Shown here one piece after another: positions 1-10,954 of a stretch of DNA of 64,000 nucleotides. The stretch comes from Candidatus Kapaibacterium sp. (GTDB lineage Bacteria > Bacteroidota > Ignavibacteria > Kapaibacteriales > UBA2268): the NCBI GenBank assembly GCA_963665665.1, contig OY762428.1, positions 416,001 through 480,000 on the forward strand. Direction: 5' to 3'. The notes below the pieces were generated by a model that saw nothing but the letters and a program-made list of their open reading frames with translations, was not told where the DNA came from and did no database searches. The translations under genes were made by a program, and so were the position numbers. Within the stretch, counting starts at the first letter, position 1. Every line of letters begins with the position of its first letter.

Positions 1-123
1 GAAGAAGGCAGGGGAAGTAAATTCTTTTTTACAATTCCCTTGGGCACAGCGCCAGATTTGAATCTATAATATTCTGTTAACAATCTATACTCCTTTTGTG
101 GATAACTATTAGTCAGTTTTTCA

Positions 124-131
124 TAAATTTG
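124..131 (+). promoter_or_regulatory. Bacteroidota-type -7 promoter element (TAAATTTG) upstream of dnaE
   Basis: Matches TAnnTTTG about 33 nt before the ATG. The same motif occurs upstream of nadA, the tRNA, the 18365 gene, gap and trxB. Confidence 0.45.
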
Positions 132-163
132 TCCATTATTATGAAATTTGGAGAATCGTATAA

Positions 164-3100
164 ATGTCGAACTTTGTACATTTACATAACCATACACATT
201 ATTCATTACTCGATGCAATTACAACAACTTCCGAACTTGTTGACGCTGCCGTTGCCGACGGCCAGCCGGCAATAGCGCTAACAGACCATGGTGTTATGTT
301 CGGATGCTACGAGTTTTATAAAAAATGCAAATCTTCCAATATAAAGCCAATTCTTGGTTTTGAAGCCTACGTGGCTTCAGTTAACCGATTTGACCGGACT
401 CCGACAAGAAAACTGCCCGACGGCAAAAAAACAAGAAATTACCTGCACCTGCTGTTACTGGCAAAAGACTGGACCGGATATAAAAATCTGATGAAACTTA
501 CTTCGCTCGGGCATACCGAGGGATTTTACTACAGGCCAAGAATCGATAAGGAGCTTCTTGAAAAACATCATGAAGGAATTATTGCTGCTTCAGCCTGCCT
601 CGGCGGTATAATTAGCGCTCATATTGTTGACGGTAATGTTGAAAAGGCAAAATCCGAAGCTCAATATTATAAAGACCTTTTTGGTGATGATTTTTATCTT
701 GAATTACAAAGGCATAATTTCCCGGAAGACGACCTGATAATTGAGCATGTTCCGAAAATTGCTGCTGAACTCGGCATTAAAATGATAGCAACAAATGATA
801 TTCACTATCTGAAGAAAGAACACGCCACCGCTCATAACGTTCTGCTTCATATAAAAGATAGCAATGCATCCAATTCAGGGACTGCAAATGTTGATGACTT
901 AAGATATAAAACTCCGGAGTTTTATTTTAAAACAACTGATGAAATGCAAAAACTCTTCCCGGAATTTCCCGAAGCACTTACAAATACTGTTGAAATTGCC
1001 GAAAAATGCAATGTGGAAATGCCAAAAACATTGCACATGCCGGTATTCCCTATTCCTGAAACATCTAAAGCTACTAATCTTGATGAATATCTCGAAGAGC
1101 TTACTTACGAAGGCCTTAGAGAAAAATATCCTGAAATTACCGATGACATTGACAAACGGGCAAAATATGAGCTTGGTGTTATCAAACAAATGGGTTTCCC
1201 GGGTTATTTCCTGATAGTCTGGGACTTTATTCGCGCAGCAAAGGAACTCGGAGTCAGGGTAGGCCCCGGGCGTGGGTCTGCCGCCGGAAGCCTTGTTGCT
1301 TATGCATTGAGCATAACCAATGTTGACCCTCTGCCCTATGATCTTCTTTTCGAAAGATTCCTTAATCCTGAACGTGTTTCAATGCCCGATATTGACATCG
1401 ACTTCGCTGACGATAAACGCGACAGAGTTATCGAATATGTAAAGGAAAAATACGGTGCCAATGCTGTTTCTATGATCATTACTTTCGGAACATTATCCAC
1501 AAAAGCAGCACTTAAAGATATAGGCAGGGTACTGGGAATAGATCATAATAAAATAAACGACATAAACAAAAAAATCCCCGTTAAAGGCGGCAAACCGATG
1601 AAACTGGCTGAAGCCGTTAAACTTCCCGAGTTAAAAAAATATCTTGATGAAGACCCAAAACTGAACAGGCTGGTAGAGTTTGGAAAAATACTGGAAGGGA
1701 AAAACAGGAATACCGGAACACATGCCGCCGGAGTTGTTATCGCTCCCGACGAGCTTACCGAGTTTATTCCTGTGTACCAATCCTCGAAATCCAAAGGACA
1801 ATCAGTTGAAGTAGCTTCACAGTTTACTAAGGATGAAACAGAAGAAGCAGGCCTTCTGAAAATGGACTTTCTTGGACTTAAAACCCTTGGAATAATTGAA
1901 GACGCCCTTATTATGATTAAAAATAACACGGGTGAATATATCGAGATCGATGATATTGATTTCGAAGATAAAGAAACTTATGATATGCTCGGCAATGGTA
2001 ATACTCAGGCAATATTCCAGTTTGAGTCCGGAGGTATGCAGGAATACCTGAGGCAGCTAAAGCCAAAAAACCTTGAAGAGCTGACTGCCATGAATGCTCT
2101 ATACAGGCCCGGGCCCATGGAAAACATCCCGACATTTATAGACAGAAAATTCGGCAGAAAACCTATTGAATACCTCCATCCAATTATGGAACAGTCTCTG
2201 AAAAACACTTATGGCATTATAGTTTACCAGGAACAGGTAATGCAGCTTGTTCAGCATATTGCCGGATTCACCCTGGGGCAGGCAGATATTTTGCGTCGTG
2301 CCATGGGTAAAAAGAAAAAAGCACTGATGGATGCGCAAAAACCTGCCTTTATTGAAGGAGCCGCCAAACACGGAATTAGTGAGAAACTTGCTCTTGAGAT
2401 TTTTGAATTAATCGAAAAATTTGCCAGCTATGGCTTCAATAAATCACATTCACTTGCTTATTCCTACCTTGCATATCAGACAGCCTGGCTGAAAGCACAT
2501 TATCCTGCCGAATTCCTTGCTGCAAATATGACTGCTGAAATGAATGACCAGAATAAAGTTGTTGAGCTTATTGATGAAGCAAAATCATTCGGAATTGAAG
2601 TATTACCTCCGGATATAAATAAATCAATTGCGACGTTTAATGCCGTTGGTAAAGAAATATACTTTGGGCTTGCCGGATTGAGGAACGTAGGAGTCCCGGC
2701 TGTTGAAGGAATTATCGAATCCAGGAACGAGCAGGAGTTTTCTTCCTTCTTCGATTTTGTTGCAAGGGTCGACAAAGGACATGTGAACCGCCGTGCAATC
2801 GAAGCCCTGATTTGTGCCGGAGCGTTTGATAAACTCGGAACAGGACACAGGGCTGCTCTGCTAGCCTCTATCGATTCTGCACTGGACTATGCAAAAGCTT
2901 TCTACCAATCCCAGAACTCACAGATGGACAGCCTTTTTGGTGATGTTGCTGAAATGAAGCTGTCCGAGCCGGCAGTAGCGGAGGTAGAAAAATGGACAGA
3001 AAAAGAGCGGCTGGAGCATGAAAAAGAAGTACTCAACTTTTATGTCAGCGGGCATCCGTTAAAACGTTTCCTGCCATATATTAATTCTTTTTCAAGTTTG

Positions 3101-3646
3101 AATCTCGGTGATAAAAACAGTAAGCTCATCGGCCAGCAGGTTATGATCTGCGGCTTTATTGATGAAGTAAGTGAAAAAAGAAGCAAGAACAACAAAATGT
3201 TCGCCATCCTGACCTTTGAGGACTTTTCAGGTAAAGCAGAAGCAATAATCTGGCCTAACACCTATAAGAAATGCGCTCATAATGTGGATAAAGACAAGGT
3301 AGTTATTATTACGGGCAAAGCGGAAGTAGAAAATGACAAGATGAAAGTTTATGTTGATGAACTTATGCCTGTTGACGAAGCATTATCAACTTATGCCAAA
3401 GGATACAAAATATGGGTTGACCTGAACAGGGACGATATGATAATGCCAATTGAAACAATGAAATCTACATTATGCGGTAATCAAGGCAAGGGAGTAAGGA
3501 TCATGTTCAATATTTATGATGCTTCGAACGGATACAGAAATATGCTGCTTGCTGAAGACGTGAAAATACCGCTCAACCATGAGACAGTAAAAAAACTGAT
3601 GAAACTTTTCGGCCAAAAAAATGTAGGATTTATATTAAGTTCATAA
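164..3646 (+). CDS. dnaE: DNA polymerase III subunit alpha
   Basis: PHP motif FVHLHNHTHYSLLD, GPGRGSAAGS, ERVSMPDIDIDF catalytic motif, YGFNKSHS and a C-terminal OB fold; 1160 aa with no intein. Confidence 0.98.
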   Translation: MSNFVHLHNHTHYSLLDAITTTSELVDAAVADGQPAIALTDHGVMFGCYEFYKKCKSSNIKPILGFEAYVASVNRFDRTPTRKLPDGKKTRNYLHLLLLAKDWTGYKNLMKLTSLGHTEGFYYRPRIDKELLEKHHEGIIAASACLGGIISAHIVDGNVEKAKSEAQYYKDLFGDDFYLELQRHNFPEDDLIIEHVPKIAAELGIKMIATNDIHYLKKEHATAHNVLLHIKDSNASNSGTANVDDLRYKTPEFYFKTTDEMQKLFPEFPEALTNTVEIAEKCNVEMPKTLHMPVFPIPETSKATNLDEYLEELTYEGLREKYPEITDDIDKRAKYELGVIKQMGFPGYFLIVWDFIRAAKELGVRVGPGRGSAAGSLVAYALSITNVDPLPYDLLFERFLNPERVSMPDIDIDFADDKRDRVIEYVKEKYGANAVSMIITFGTLSTKAALKDIGRVLGIDHNKINDINKKIPVKGGKPMKLAEAVKLPELKKYLDEDPKLNRLVEFGKILEGKNRNTGTHAAGVVIAPDELTEFIPVYQSSKSKGQSVEVASQFTKDETEEAGLLKMDFLGLKTLGIIEDALIMIKNNTGEYIEIDDIDFEDKETYDMLGNGNTQAIFQFESGGMQEYLRQLKPKNLEELTAMNALYRPGPMENIPTFIDRKFGRKPIEYLHPIMEQSLKNTYGIIVYQEQVMQLVQHIAGFTLGQADILRRAMGKKKKALMDAQKPAFIEGAAKHGISEKLALEIFELIEKFASYGFNKSHSLAYSYLAYQTAWLKAHYPAEFLAANMTAEMNDQNKVVELIDEAKSFGIEVLPPDINKSIATFNAVGKEIYFGLAGLRNVGVPAVEGIIESRNEQEFSSFFDFVARVDKGHVNRRAIEALICAGAFDKLGTGHRAALLASIDSALDYAKAFYQSQNSQMDSLFGDVAEMKLSEPAVAEVEKWTEKERLEHEKEVLNFYVSGHPLKRFLPYINSFSSLNLGDKNSKLIGQQVMICGFIDEVSEKRSKNNKMFAILTFEDFSGKAEAIIWPNTYKKCAHNVDKDKVVIITGKAEVENDKMKVYVDELMPVDEALSTYAKGYKIWVDLNRDDMIMPIETMKSTLCGNQGKGVRIMFNIYDASNGYRNMLLAEDVKIPLNHETVKKLMKLFGQKNVGFILSS

Positions 3647-3705
3647 ATTAAAATTATTTTGTTTCGTTAAAATTATAAAGTATTTGGAATAAACAGGAAA
3701 AAAAG

Positions 3706-3897
3706 ATGTTCAAAACAATTCTTGCATGGATTATCGCTATTGTTGTCGCAATTATTGCAATTCAAATGATTTTCGGTTTAATGGGCATAGTCCTATCCGG
3801 TATTTTTACAGGCCTGAAGATCTTAGTTTTTGTTGTACCTGTTATCATAATTGCTTTTCCCGTGTATTTAATTGTAAAGAAAAAATTTCTAAAATAA
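3706..3897 (+). CDS. Small membrane protein (two TM helices)
   Basis: 63-aa hydrophobic ORF with a basic C-terminus, filling the gap between dnaE and the next gene. Confidence 0.7.
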   Translation: MFKTILAWIIAIVVAIIAIQMIFGLMGIVLSGIFTGLKILVFVVPVIIIAFPVYLIVKKKFLK

Positions 3898-3908
3898 ACG
3901 GAAATACG

Positions 3909-5171
3909 ATGAAAAAGATTCCGATAGTATTTATTCTGTTACTGATAGCATTTTCAAACGCAAAATCCGAATACAATGAAACATCAGTTGAACTGACAAG
4001 GGAGTTGACTAAAGAAATTTTTCAATTGAACGGCATACCATACCTCCAGCCTTTAGTTGAATCAATAAATTCAACATCGAACTCCCGCTTTTTTCATCAG
4101 GCATATGTTCCCGAAAAGGTGGACAAGCCATACTTCAGGGTATCAGTGAACGGAATGACTGGCTTTGTAAAGGATGATATGCTATGTTATACTCCACAAT
4201 TTCCTACAGATTCATTTGATATTAGAAAAGCAGGAGAATATGCCTCGATAGATTATATAAACGGATCATTCAATATCAAAGATACCGTAGGCCTGATGGT
4301 TTACCTTCTGAAAAATATGCTCTACGACGGAGTTAAGTCCGGCGACTTGCGGCCACCTGAAAAAACTGCAACAATACTTGGTAATCTGGACTCTTCACTT
4401 ACTTTTGAAGACGGAGTACTGCAAAAGCTTGCAAAAAGGCATCCCGCATGGGGATTTTTACCAAAGGATGTTCAGGACAGCGTTCTGGCAGTTCTTGACG
4501 GCATGCCAAGTTATTTCAGCCTGCCTAAAGGCGCAGATATGTCAACATTGTACGCGGCAGTTCCCCAGTTCGAGATCGGTTCATGGCATGGCACCGAGGC
4601 GCTGATACGTTTTATCCCGCCGGTTAATATGGGAGAAACCGTTGGCGAATTTGCTTTCTGGGGCCTGGGATTGAAGCACAGCCTATCGCAGTATTTTGAT
4701 TCGCTTGGTGTTGATATTGCCGTCCAGGCAGTTTACCAGGGAACCAGCCTGGAAAACTCAATCGGAGAAACAAATGCAGATATGAAATCTAATGCTACTT
4801 TCTGGAATTTCAACCTTCACGCCGGCAAAAGATTCGGAGATTACCTGGAGATATACTCTGGTATTTCAGTTGAACTGGTTAATATTTCAGCTGATTATAA
4901 ATATTATCTGCCTGTTGAAACACAGGCACAGCTTGGACTTTTAAGATATACAATGGATCCCGACGGAGTAAACAACACAATTCATCCGCCGGAACCGGAA
5001 CTCGGATACCCGGGTGATACCAAACCACAAACAGCAACCCTGAACCTTAACGATCAGAATGTGAAATTTACTTTTGGATTGACAAGCCATTTAGGGCCGG
5101 TAGATATCTATCTCGATTTCAGTTTCAGCAGGCTGAATATTCTCAGCGGCGGCCTTGCCTACAGATTCTGA
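3909..5171 (+). CDS. Secreted or outer-membrane protein (DUF6588-like beta-barrel)
   Basis: True start is probably ATG 3909 (MKKIPIVFILLLIAFSNAKS signal peptide), not 3726. Contains WGLGLKHSLSQY and a terminal YRF typical of beta-barrels. Confidence 0.7.
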   Translation: MKKIPIVFILLLIAFSNAKSEYNETSVELTRELTKEIFQLNGIPYLQPLVESINSTSNSRFFHQAYVPEKVDKPYFRVSVNGMTGFVKDDMLCYTPQFPTDSFDIRKAGEYASIDYINGSFNIKDTVGLMVYLLKNMLYDGVKSGDLRPPEKTATILGNLDSSLTFEDGVLQKLAKRHPAWGFLPKDVQDSVLAVLDGMPSYFSLPKGADMSTLYAAVPQFEIGSWHGTEALIRFIPPVNMGETVGEFAFWGLGLKHSLSQYFDSLGVDIAVQAVYQGTSLENSIGETNADMKSNATFWNFNLHAGKRFGDYLEIYSGISVELVNISADYKYYLPVETQAQLGLLRYTMDPDGVNNTIHPPEPELGYPGDTKPQTATLNLNDQNVKFTFGLTSHLGPVDIYLDFSFSRLNILSGGLAYRF

Positions 5172-5197
5172 AATAATTTAACATTTTTGCATTTACT

Positions 5198-5230
5198 AAT
5201 AATCCGGCGGCTTCGTTCCGCCGGATTATT
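5198..5230. terminator. Bidirectional intrinsic terminator between convergent genes
   Basis: AATAATCCGGCGG-cttcgtt-CCGCCGGATTATT, a perfect 13-bp stem. Confidence 0.8.
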
Positions 5231-5292
5231 TATTTCCTGATAAAGATGGAAATATTAGCAATGTGTTTTTTTGAATGAAAGGCCACTTGTAT

Positions 5293-6153
5293 TTACAAAA
5301 ATTCCAGGTGTATATCAGCACTTTTCACACTGTGTGTAAGTGCCCCGGTAGATATGGCATTCACGCCGGTTTTGGCATAAGCTTCTATTGTATCGAGCGT
5401 AATTCCTCCGGAAGCTTCAAGGAAAAGCTTGTCGCCGCCGGCATACCTGCGCACCAGCCTTACGGCAAAATCAACCATATCCGGGGGCATATTGTCAAGC
5501 AGGAAACCGTCAGCGCCGGCTTCTATTCCGGCTTTTAGCTGATCAATACTTTCCACTTCAAGTTCTACGGGCAAATCATGGCCCGTATTTTTGATTTTTT
5601 CTACAGCTTCCATTAGTCCGCCGGCAGCCTGGATATGATTATCTTTAATTAAAATTCCCGACGACAGGTCGAAACGGTGGTTGTACCCCCCTCCCATTAC
5701 AACTGCATATTTTTCAAATAAGCGCAGCCCGGGAGTAGTTTTTCTAGTATCAAGTGTTTTAACATTGTAAGGATTGGTTATGGCAGCATATTTCGCGGCC
5801 ATAGTAGAAATGCCGCTCATCCTCTGGATCAGGTTCAGTAGAACTCTTTCTTTTGTGAGTATTTCTGCCGCCGGGCCCTGCATTTCAGCAATAATATCGC
5901 CCTTTTTTATACTGTTGCCATCCTGAACTTTTGTATCCAGTTCAATCTCATCCGAAAAAATTGCCCTGATTACAGGCATTCCGCAGAATATAATATCCTC
6001 CTCAGCCTGGATAAAAGCGTCTGTATATTCTTCCGGATCTACAGTTCCCAATGTTGTAACATCACCTTCGGGTGCATCTTCGGAAAGGAATTCTTCAATT
6101 TTCCTATGAAGGTATTCTGCCGGTATTGTCTTTATTTGCGGGTATTCTATCAC
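5293..6153 (-). CDS. nadC: Nicotinate-nucleotide pyrophosphorylase (carboxylating)
   Basis: LDTRKTTPGLR, NHRFDLS, IKDNH, LLDNM, EASGGI motifs. Confidence 0.96.
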   Translation of the reverse strand: MIEYPQIKTIPAEYLHRKIEEFLSEDAPEGDVTTLGTVDPEEYTDAFIQAEEDIIFCGMPVIRAIFSDEIELDTKVQDGNSIKKGDIIAEMQGPAAEILTKERVLLNLIQRMSGISTMAAKYAAITNPYNVKTLDTRKTTPGLRLFEKYAVVMGGGYNHRFDLSSGILIKDNHIQAAGGLMEAVEKIKNTGHDLPVELEVESIDQLKAGIEAGADGFLLDNMPPDMVDFAVRLVRRYAGGDKLFLEASGGITLDTIEAYAKTGVNAISTGALTHSVKSADIHLEFL

Positions 6154-7073
6154 TTGCTAAGCTCCAGCATTCTTTCCAAAGGTTTCAGCGCGCCAAGCCT
6201 GAGTTCTTCATCCATCACTATTTCCGGCTGAAGCGTTTCAAGGGCTTTTATCATTTTCTCTATCGTATTCAGCCTCATGTGCGGACAGTTATTGCAACTG
6301 CATCCTTCAAGGTTAGGCACTTCGATGTATTCTTTTTCCGGAGCTATTTTTTTTAACTGGTGGATAATTCCGGGCTCTGTACCTATCAGGAACTGCTTTT
6401 TATCCGATTCAACGGCATTTTTGATAATCCCGGTGGTAGATCCCACAAAGTCGGCATACTGAAGAATATTTTCCGGGCATTCCGGGTGGGCAAGGAACAA
6501 AGCTTCCGGGTATTCGCCCTGCAGGCGTATCAGCTCGGATTCCGAGAATATTTCATGCACCTGGCAGGATCCGTTCCATAGAACCATATCGCGTCCTGTC
6601 TGCTTACTAACGAAAGCCCCGAGGTACTTATCAGGAGCAAAACATATATTCGTATCCTCAGGAACAGAGTTTACGATCTTCACCGCGTTGGACGATGTAC
6701 AAATAATATCCGACATCGCCTTAACCTCTGATGAACAATTGATATAAGATATAACAGTATGTCCGGGATGATCTTCCTTCCATTTTTTGAACTCTGCCGG
6801 GGGTGCACTGTCCGCAAGAGAGCAGCCGGCATCCATATCCGGAAGAAGCACAGTTTTCGTCGGGTTAAGTATTTTAGCAGTTTCAGCCATGAAATGCACG
6901 CCGCAGAAAAGTATCACGTCTGCGTCAGTTTGCTTTGCCTTCTGTGCCAGGGCCAGCGAATCGCCAAGAAAGTCAGCTACATCCTGAATTTCCGATTCCT
7001 GATAGTAATGGGCAAGAATCACGGCATTGCGTTCTTTTTTCAGTTCGAGCAGCCTTTGTTTTAATTTTTCCAT
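6150..7073 (-). CDS. nadA: Quinolinate synthase
   Basis: ILAHYYQ, FCGVHFMAE, AGCSLA, SCQVHE, AHPEC, CPHM motifs; 4-bp overlap with nadC. Confidence 0.96.
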   Translation of the reverse strand: MEKLKQRLLELKKERNAVILAHYYQESEIQDVADFLGDSLALAQKAKQTDADVILFCGVHFMAETAKILNPTKTVLLPDMDAGCSLADSAPPAEFKKWKEDHPGHTVISYINCSSEVKAMSDIICTSSNAVKIVNSVPEDTNICFAPDKYLGAFVSKQTGRDMVLWNGSCQVHEIFSESELIRLQGEYPEALFLAHPECPENILQYADFVGSTTGIIKNAVESDKKQFLIGTEPGIIHQLKKIAPEKEYIEVPNLEGCSCNNCPHMRLNTIEKMIKALETLQPEIVMDEELRLGALKPLERMLELSK

Positions 7074-7224
7074 TTAAATCACCGGTTTATCCAAATCCAA
7101 TTTTTACATTTTATCGTTTATTCCGCCTGTTTATTGTCTGAAACGGGCGCAGTTACAAATTTAATCAGATTGTGATTATTAAAAAAATAATTGGCGCAAG
7201 GTGTGATTGGATTTATTCTAAATA

Positions 7225-7254
7225 GCTGCCCCGTTTTACCGGGACAGCATTTTA
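7225..7254 (-). terminator. Hairpin terminator after the 7289 gene
   Basis: GCTGCCCCG-tttta-CCGGGACAGC stem flanked by A/T runs. Confidence 0.55.
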
Positions 7255-7288
7255 TTTATCGATTCTCAATATCAGCGAACATTTAATA

Positions 7289-10200
7289 TCACCTGACAAT
7301 ATTTAGAACCTTTGTTTTAGCAAGTCCGTTAACGGTAAGCTTATAATAATATGTTCCCGAAATAAGGTTGGAAATATCATAGGGAACAACATGCGTTCCG
7401 GCATTCAGATTTTGGTTTTTCATGATATTTCCGATATTATTTCCAAATTCATCATATAACAACAAACTGACATTAGTTATAACTTTAGATGTATGAATAT
7501 CAAAAGTAACAGTGGTTTTGGCAGGATTCGGATAGCAGCTAATTTCAATATCATTGTCATTATTTTCAATCCTTATAACTCCTGAAACCGGCATATTCAA
7601 ATCGCCTTGTGAAAGTTGGATACCTTCATTATTATATGTTGTATAGTTAATAGTCATCTGGCCTTCAAGTTCTTCAGGCATCAATACTGTAACATAAATT
7701 GGGCTTGCAGTTTCATTCGGCTTTATTCCTGCCCAATTTTCAGGCCACAGGACAGGTATTGAATCTAAAATATAAGTATCGGATATTGAATACATTTTAT
7801 CTTCAACATCCAAAGTCTTTATCAATACTTTTCCAGCCTGATCTGATAAAGGTTTTCCAACAGCAGCAATTTCACAATCTTCACAAGTCGGATGTAATTT
7901 GAAGAATGCAATTGGCTCTTCGTAGATATTGTTATTAGTAAGATATAAAGAGAAAGTCTTAATCATCATCCCTTCAGGAATATAATCCCTGCCAAGTATA
8001 TCCGGGCTATCATCACTCGGAACCTTTGCAGTAACTATGAATTCTTCCGGCCATGTTACTTTTTTATCTTCATTTTCACCACCTTCAAACAGGATCGTTA
8101 CTTTATTCCTGAACATGAAGTCCCGGTTTGGATTAGCAAATTCCATTGGTAATTCAGGAATTGAATCTAATATAAATGGGCCTGACAGAGTAGCAATATT
8201 GTTTTCAATTATCGCATCCTCGCCCGTTATCGGATTCTTCATCGAGGTAACTTGAACATCTTCTCCAAGAGGTTCCAAACAAATCGATTTAATATTAATT
8301 ATCTTCACAGGCGGAAAATACAGAGAGTCATTTATATAATTCAATGTTCCGGTTGTAAGATTATCCATATTTATTGACATAGTTGAAACAGCCGAAGAAT
8401 TATTTTTGTTTACCGGAATAACAATCGTTCTTTGAACAAGTGTATCGCAGGTACAGCAATCTTCATCGGTAATGTAATAACGTATCCAATACTTGATTGT
8501 ATCAGCAAGAATATTTCCAAAATCGACGTTATTGCAGGTCTTCCGGAAAGTAATTCTATAGTTAACACTGTTATTATTATCAGAATCATCGGAAATATCA
8601 GTGGCAGGAATGCTGTTGAATCCTCCCCATATCAATTCAGAGCGGCTGTTATTATGTAAATAACTTATATAATCTAAATCCAGGTAAGGATGATTTTCAC
8701 CAAGCGATGCCGAATTGCCTGATCCCGTGAACGGCACCCAAGGGTTCCCCCCCGGAGGATTACATGTAGGACACCAGGACGTGGGAGTACTTGTTGAAAC
8801 AAAAAATGCTAATAACGGAATAGTATGAGTAGAAACCGAACCATTCCACAGGTCTTCGATCTGATATGTTCTGATGGCTTTTGTAATTTGCATTGCTACC
8901 CGGGAAACAGGTTTGGGGCCGGCTTCAAGAGTTACAAATGTATATTGGGTTTTTGAACAATTGCTCCAATTTGATATATTATACAAATTGTATGTGGTTC
9001 TGAATTCAAAATTATCGCAGCAACCGCAAGCCAGATCGAATGTATCAGGCGGGCAAACGTCATAATCACTCGCTCCGTGATAATGTAGAATTATTGTTGT
9101 TTTGTGTATATCAATAGGAAAACAAAACATAAAGTTATGATCTCCGGTTAGAATATTACCGGCATCAGCTTCATATTTATCACTATTATTAGTTCCGCTG
9201 AGCGATGTCCAGCCGGAGGATGTACTCCATGAACTTATCAGGTTGTTTTCATATTCAAATTCCAGATAAACTATCTCTTGTTTATCACAATCAGCACGAA
9301 CCGTAACTTCATGGCAGCATCTGTCATCAGGCAAACTATCATTTTTAATATCAGAAATATATATCTGGTCGCAAGTGCAAATAGAATCACACTGAATTAT
9401 TGCAGTCAACGGATCACATTCTTCACTGTAATTATTATCATCATAATAATCGAGCAAATGAATTTCAACCGGAAATTGAGCAGGGTTTGTAGGAGAACTA
9501 AAACACATGTCGAAAACATGAACTCCCTGCGGCAAAAAGCTTCCGGGAAAATCAAAAATATAACCATTACCACTTCCCAAAGCGGAAGGCACAACATTCC
9601 AGCCTGAAGGAGCTGATATAGGTGATAAAGGTGAAACTGCAGGAAAGTCAAACCAGAGCCTGTTAATAAACAGCATATCACATTTAATATCAAGCTCTAT
9701 TCTCCAGCAGCAATCATCAGGATCGTTCAGGTTGGTAACGTTAATAATTTCATAATTCAGATTTCCCTGCTCATCCTGGCACAGGCATGGAGTAGAATGA
9801 AGGGAATCGCAGCATTCAAGTGGAGCATTTTCGGGATCCCAGTCAGTACCGCAACTGATTTCAGAATTCAGGTTATTTGTAGTATGATCAATCAAATAGC
9901 AACCCCATTCCGCCGGATTCGTCGGTGTTGCAATATCATTGATAGTAATGGGATAATAGGCATAAAGGTACTGATCAGAAATATCGCATTCGTACATATC
10001 ATCTACAATTTCGTAAGACGTTTTTGCTGTTTTCCAGAAACGAATTTCATCAAGCATCCCTTCGAAATAATAATCATTATCATACCACCTGCCGATATCA
10101 ATACTGTTCAAAGAAATGGGCAAATTGCTACTCGCTGAATTACTAACACCCAATCCGTCAAGATAAACACTTATTATACCTGAGGGGGTCCACACACCGG

Positions 10201-10954
10201 CGGCATGATGCCAGCCTGCCGATACACCGCTCATATCCATATTTGCAATATCAGTTCCAACATTAAATACAAGGTGGTTTTTCGGCAGGTTTGCATGGCC
10301 GAATCCGAGGTAAACATCACAGTTACCATCAGAACCGGCATCAAAATCTGCCGATGCGATCATCATATTATATCCGTCAGAATTATCAGTCAGATGCTGA
10401 TTTATATAAAACCAGGTTTCCCAGGTAAATCCGCTGCCGGTAAAGAAATTACCGTCTATTCGAATAAATTCTTCTGCACTTGCCGTTCTGCTAATCGACC
10501 AGCAGGATGCATTGTTGGCAGTAACAGGAACTTTAGAAACCCCTGTTTTGAGTACTCCGCCAAGAGTATCTAAGGTACTCCATTGAATGTCGACTATACC
10601 GTCATCTCCTGCCAGTTCAAAATGAAAGACACCGGCAGTTTGACCAGGACTAAATGGTACATCTACACCTGGTTCTCCTGAAACATAGATTGAATCATAC
10701 GCAACGGGAGCCATTTCCCAGCCTCTTGTTTGCGCCTCTCCGCTGATAGAAGCATCGGTAAATGAATAACCATCTGTTAATATCCGCAATTTTACACCGA
10801 GAACTGACACCTGGCTTTTGTTTTCAAATGAAAATTCGAATCGGGTATGATCATCCGGGCTTTCGGACCTGAAATATATCTCGGTGGAATCCTGAGATAT
10901 CAGCTGGAAAGCTCCAAATAAAAAAATAAGGCAAGATGTGATGAGAAACTTCAT
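7289..10954 (-). CDS. Large Cys-rich secreted protein with LamG/ConA-like domain and T9SS C-terminal sorting domain
   Basis: Signal peptide from ATG 10954 (MKFLITSCLIF). LamG motifs FTWETWF, WHHAAGVW, FEGMLDEIRFW. CTD YPNP...SGTYYYKL. Confidence 0.8.
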   Translation of the reverse strand: MKFLITSCLIFLFGAFQLISQDSTEIYFRSESPDDHTRFEFSFENKSQVSVLGVKLRILTDGYSFTDASISGEAQTRGWEMAPVAYDSIYVSGEPGVDVPFSPGQTAGVFHFELAGDDGIVDIQWSTLDTLGGVLKTGVSKVPVTANNASCWSISRTASAEEFIRIDGNFFTGSGFTWETWFYINQHLTDNSDGYNMMIASADFDAGSDGNCDVYLGFGHANLPKNHLVFNVGTDIANMDMSGVSAGWHHAAGVWTPSGIISVYLDGLGVSNSASSNLPISLNSIDIGRWYDNDYYFEGMLDEIRFWKTAKTSYEIVDDMYECDISDQYLYAYYPITINDIATPTNPAEWGCYLIDHTTNNLNSEISCGTDWDPENAPLECCDSLHSTPCLCQDEQGNLNYEIINVTNLNDPDDCCWRIELDIKCDMLFINRLWFDFPAVSPLSPISAPSGWNVVPSALGSGNGYIFDFPGSFLPQGVHVFDMCFSSPTNPAQFPVEIHLLDYYDDNNYSEECDPLTAIIQCDSICTCDQIYISDIKNDSLPDDRCCHEVTVRADCDKQEIVYLEFEYENNLISSWSTSSGWTSLSGTNNSDKYEADAGNILTGDHNFMFCFPIDIHKTTIILHYHGASDYDVCPPDTFDLACGCCDNFEFRTTYNLYNISNWSNCSKTQYTFVTLEAGPKPVSRVAMQITKAIRTYQIEDLWNGSVSTHTIPLLAFFVSTSTPTSWCPTCNPPGGNPWVPFTGSGNSASLGENHPYLDLDYISYLHNNSRSELIWGGFNSIPATDISDDSDNNNSVNYRITFRKTCNNVDFGNILADTIKYWIRYYITDEDCCTCDTLVQRTIVIPVNKNNSSAVSTMSINMDNLTTGTLNYINDSLYFPPVKIINIKSICLEPLGEDVQVTSMKNPITGEDAIIENNIATLSGPFILDSIPELPMEFANPNRDFMFRNKVTILFEGGENEDKKVTWPEEFIVTAKVPSDDSPDILGRDYIPEGMMIKTFSLYLTNNNIYEEPIAFFKLHPTCEDCEIAAVGKPLSDQAGKVLIKTLDVEDKMYSISDTYILDSIPVLWPENWAGIKPNETASPIYVTVLMPEELEGQMTINYTTYNNEGIQLSQGDLNMPVSGVIRIENNDNDIEISCYPNPAKTTVTFDIHTSKVITNVSLLLYDEFGNNIGNIMKNQNLNAGTHVVPYDISNLISGTYYYKLTVNGLAKTKVLNIVR

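Noticed and set aside
164-3646. Intein or split dnaE
   Set aside because: Normal length with contiguous motifs.
3726-3908. N-terminal extension of the 481-aa ORF
   Set aside because: It overlaps the 63-aa membrane gene; the signal peptide starts at ATG 3909.
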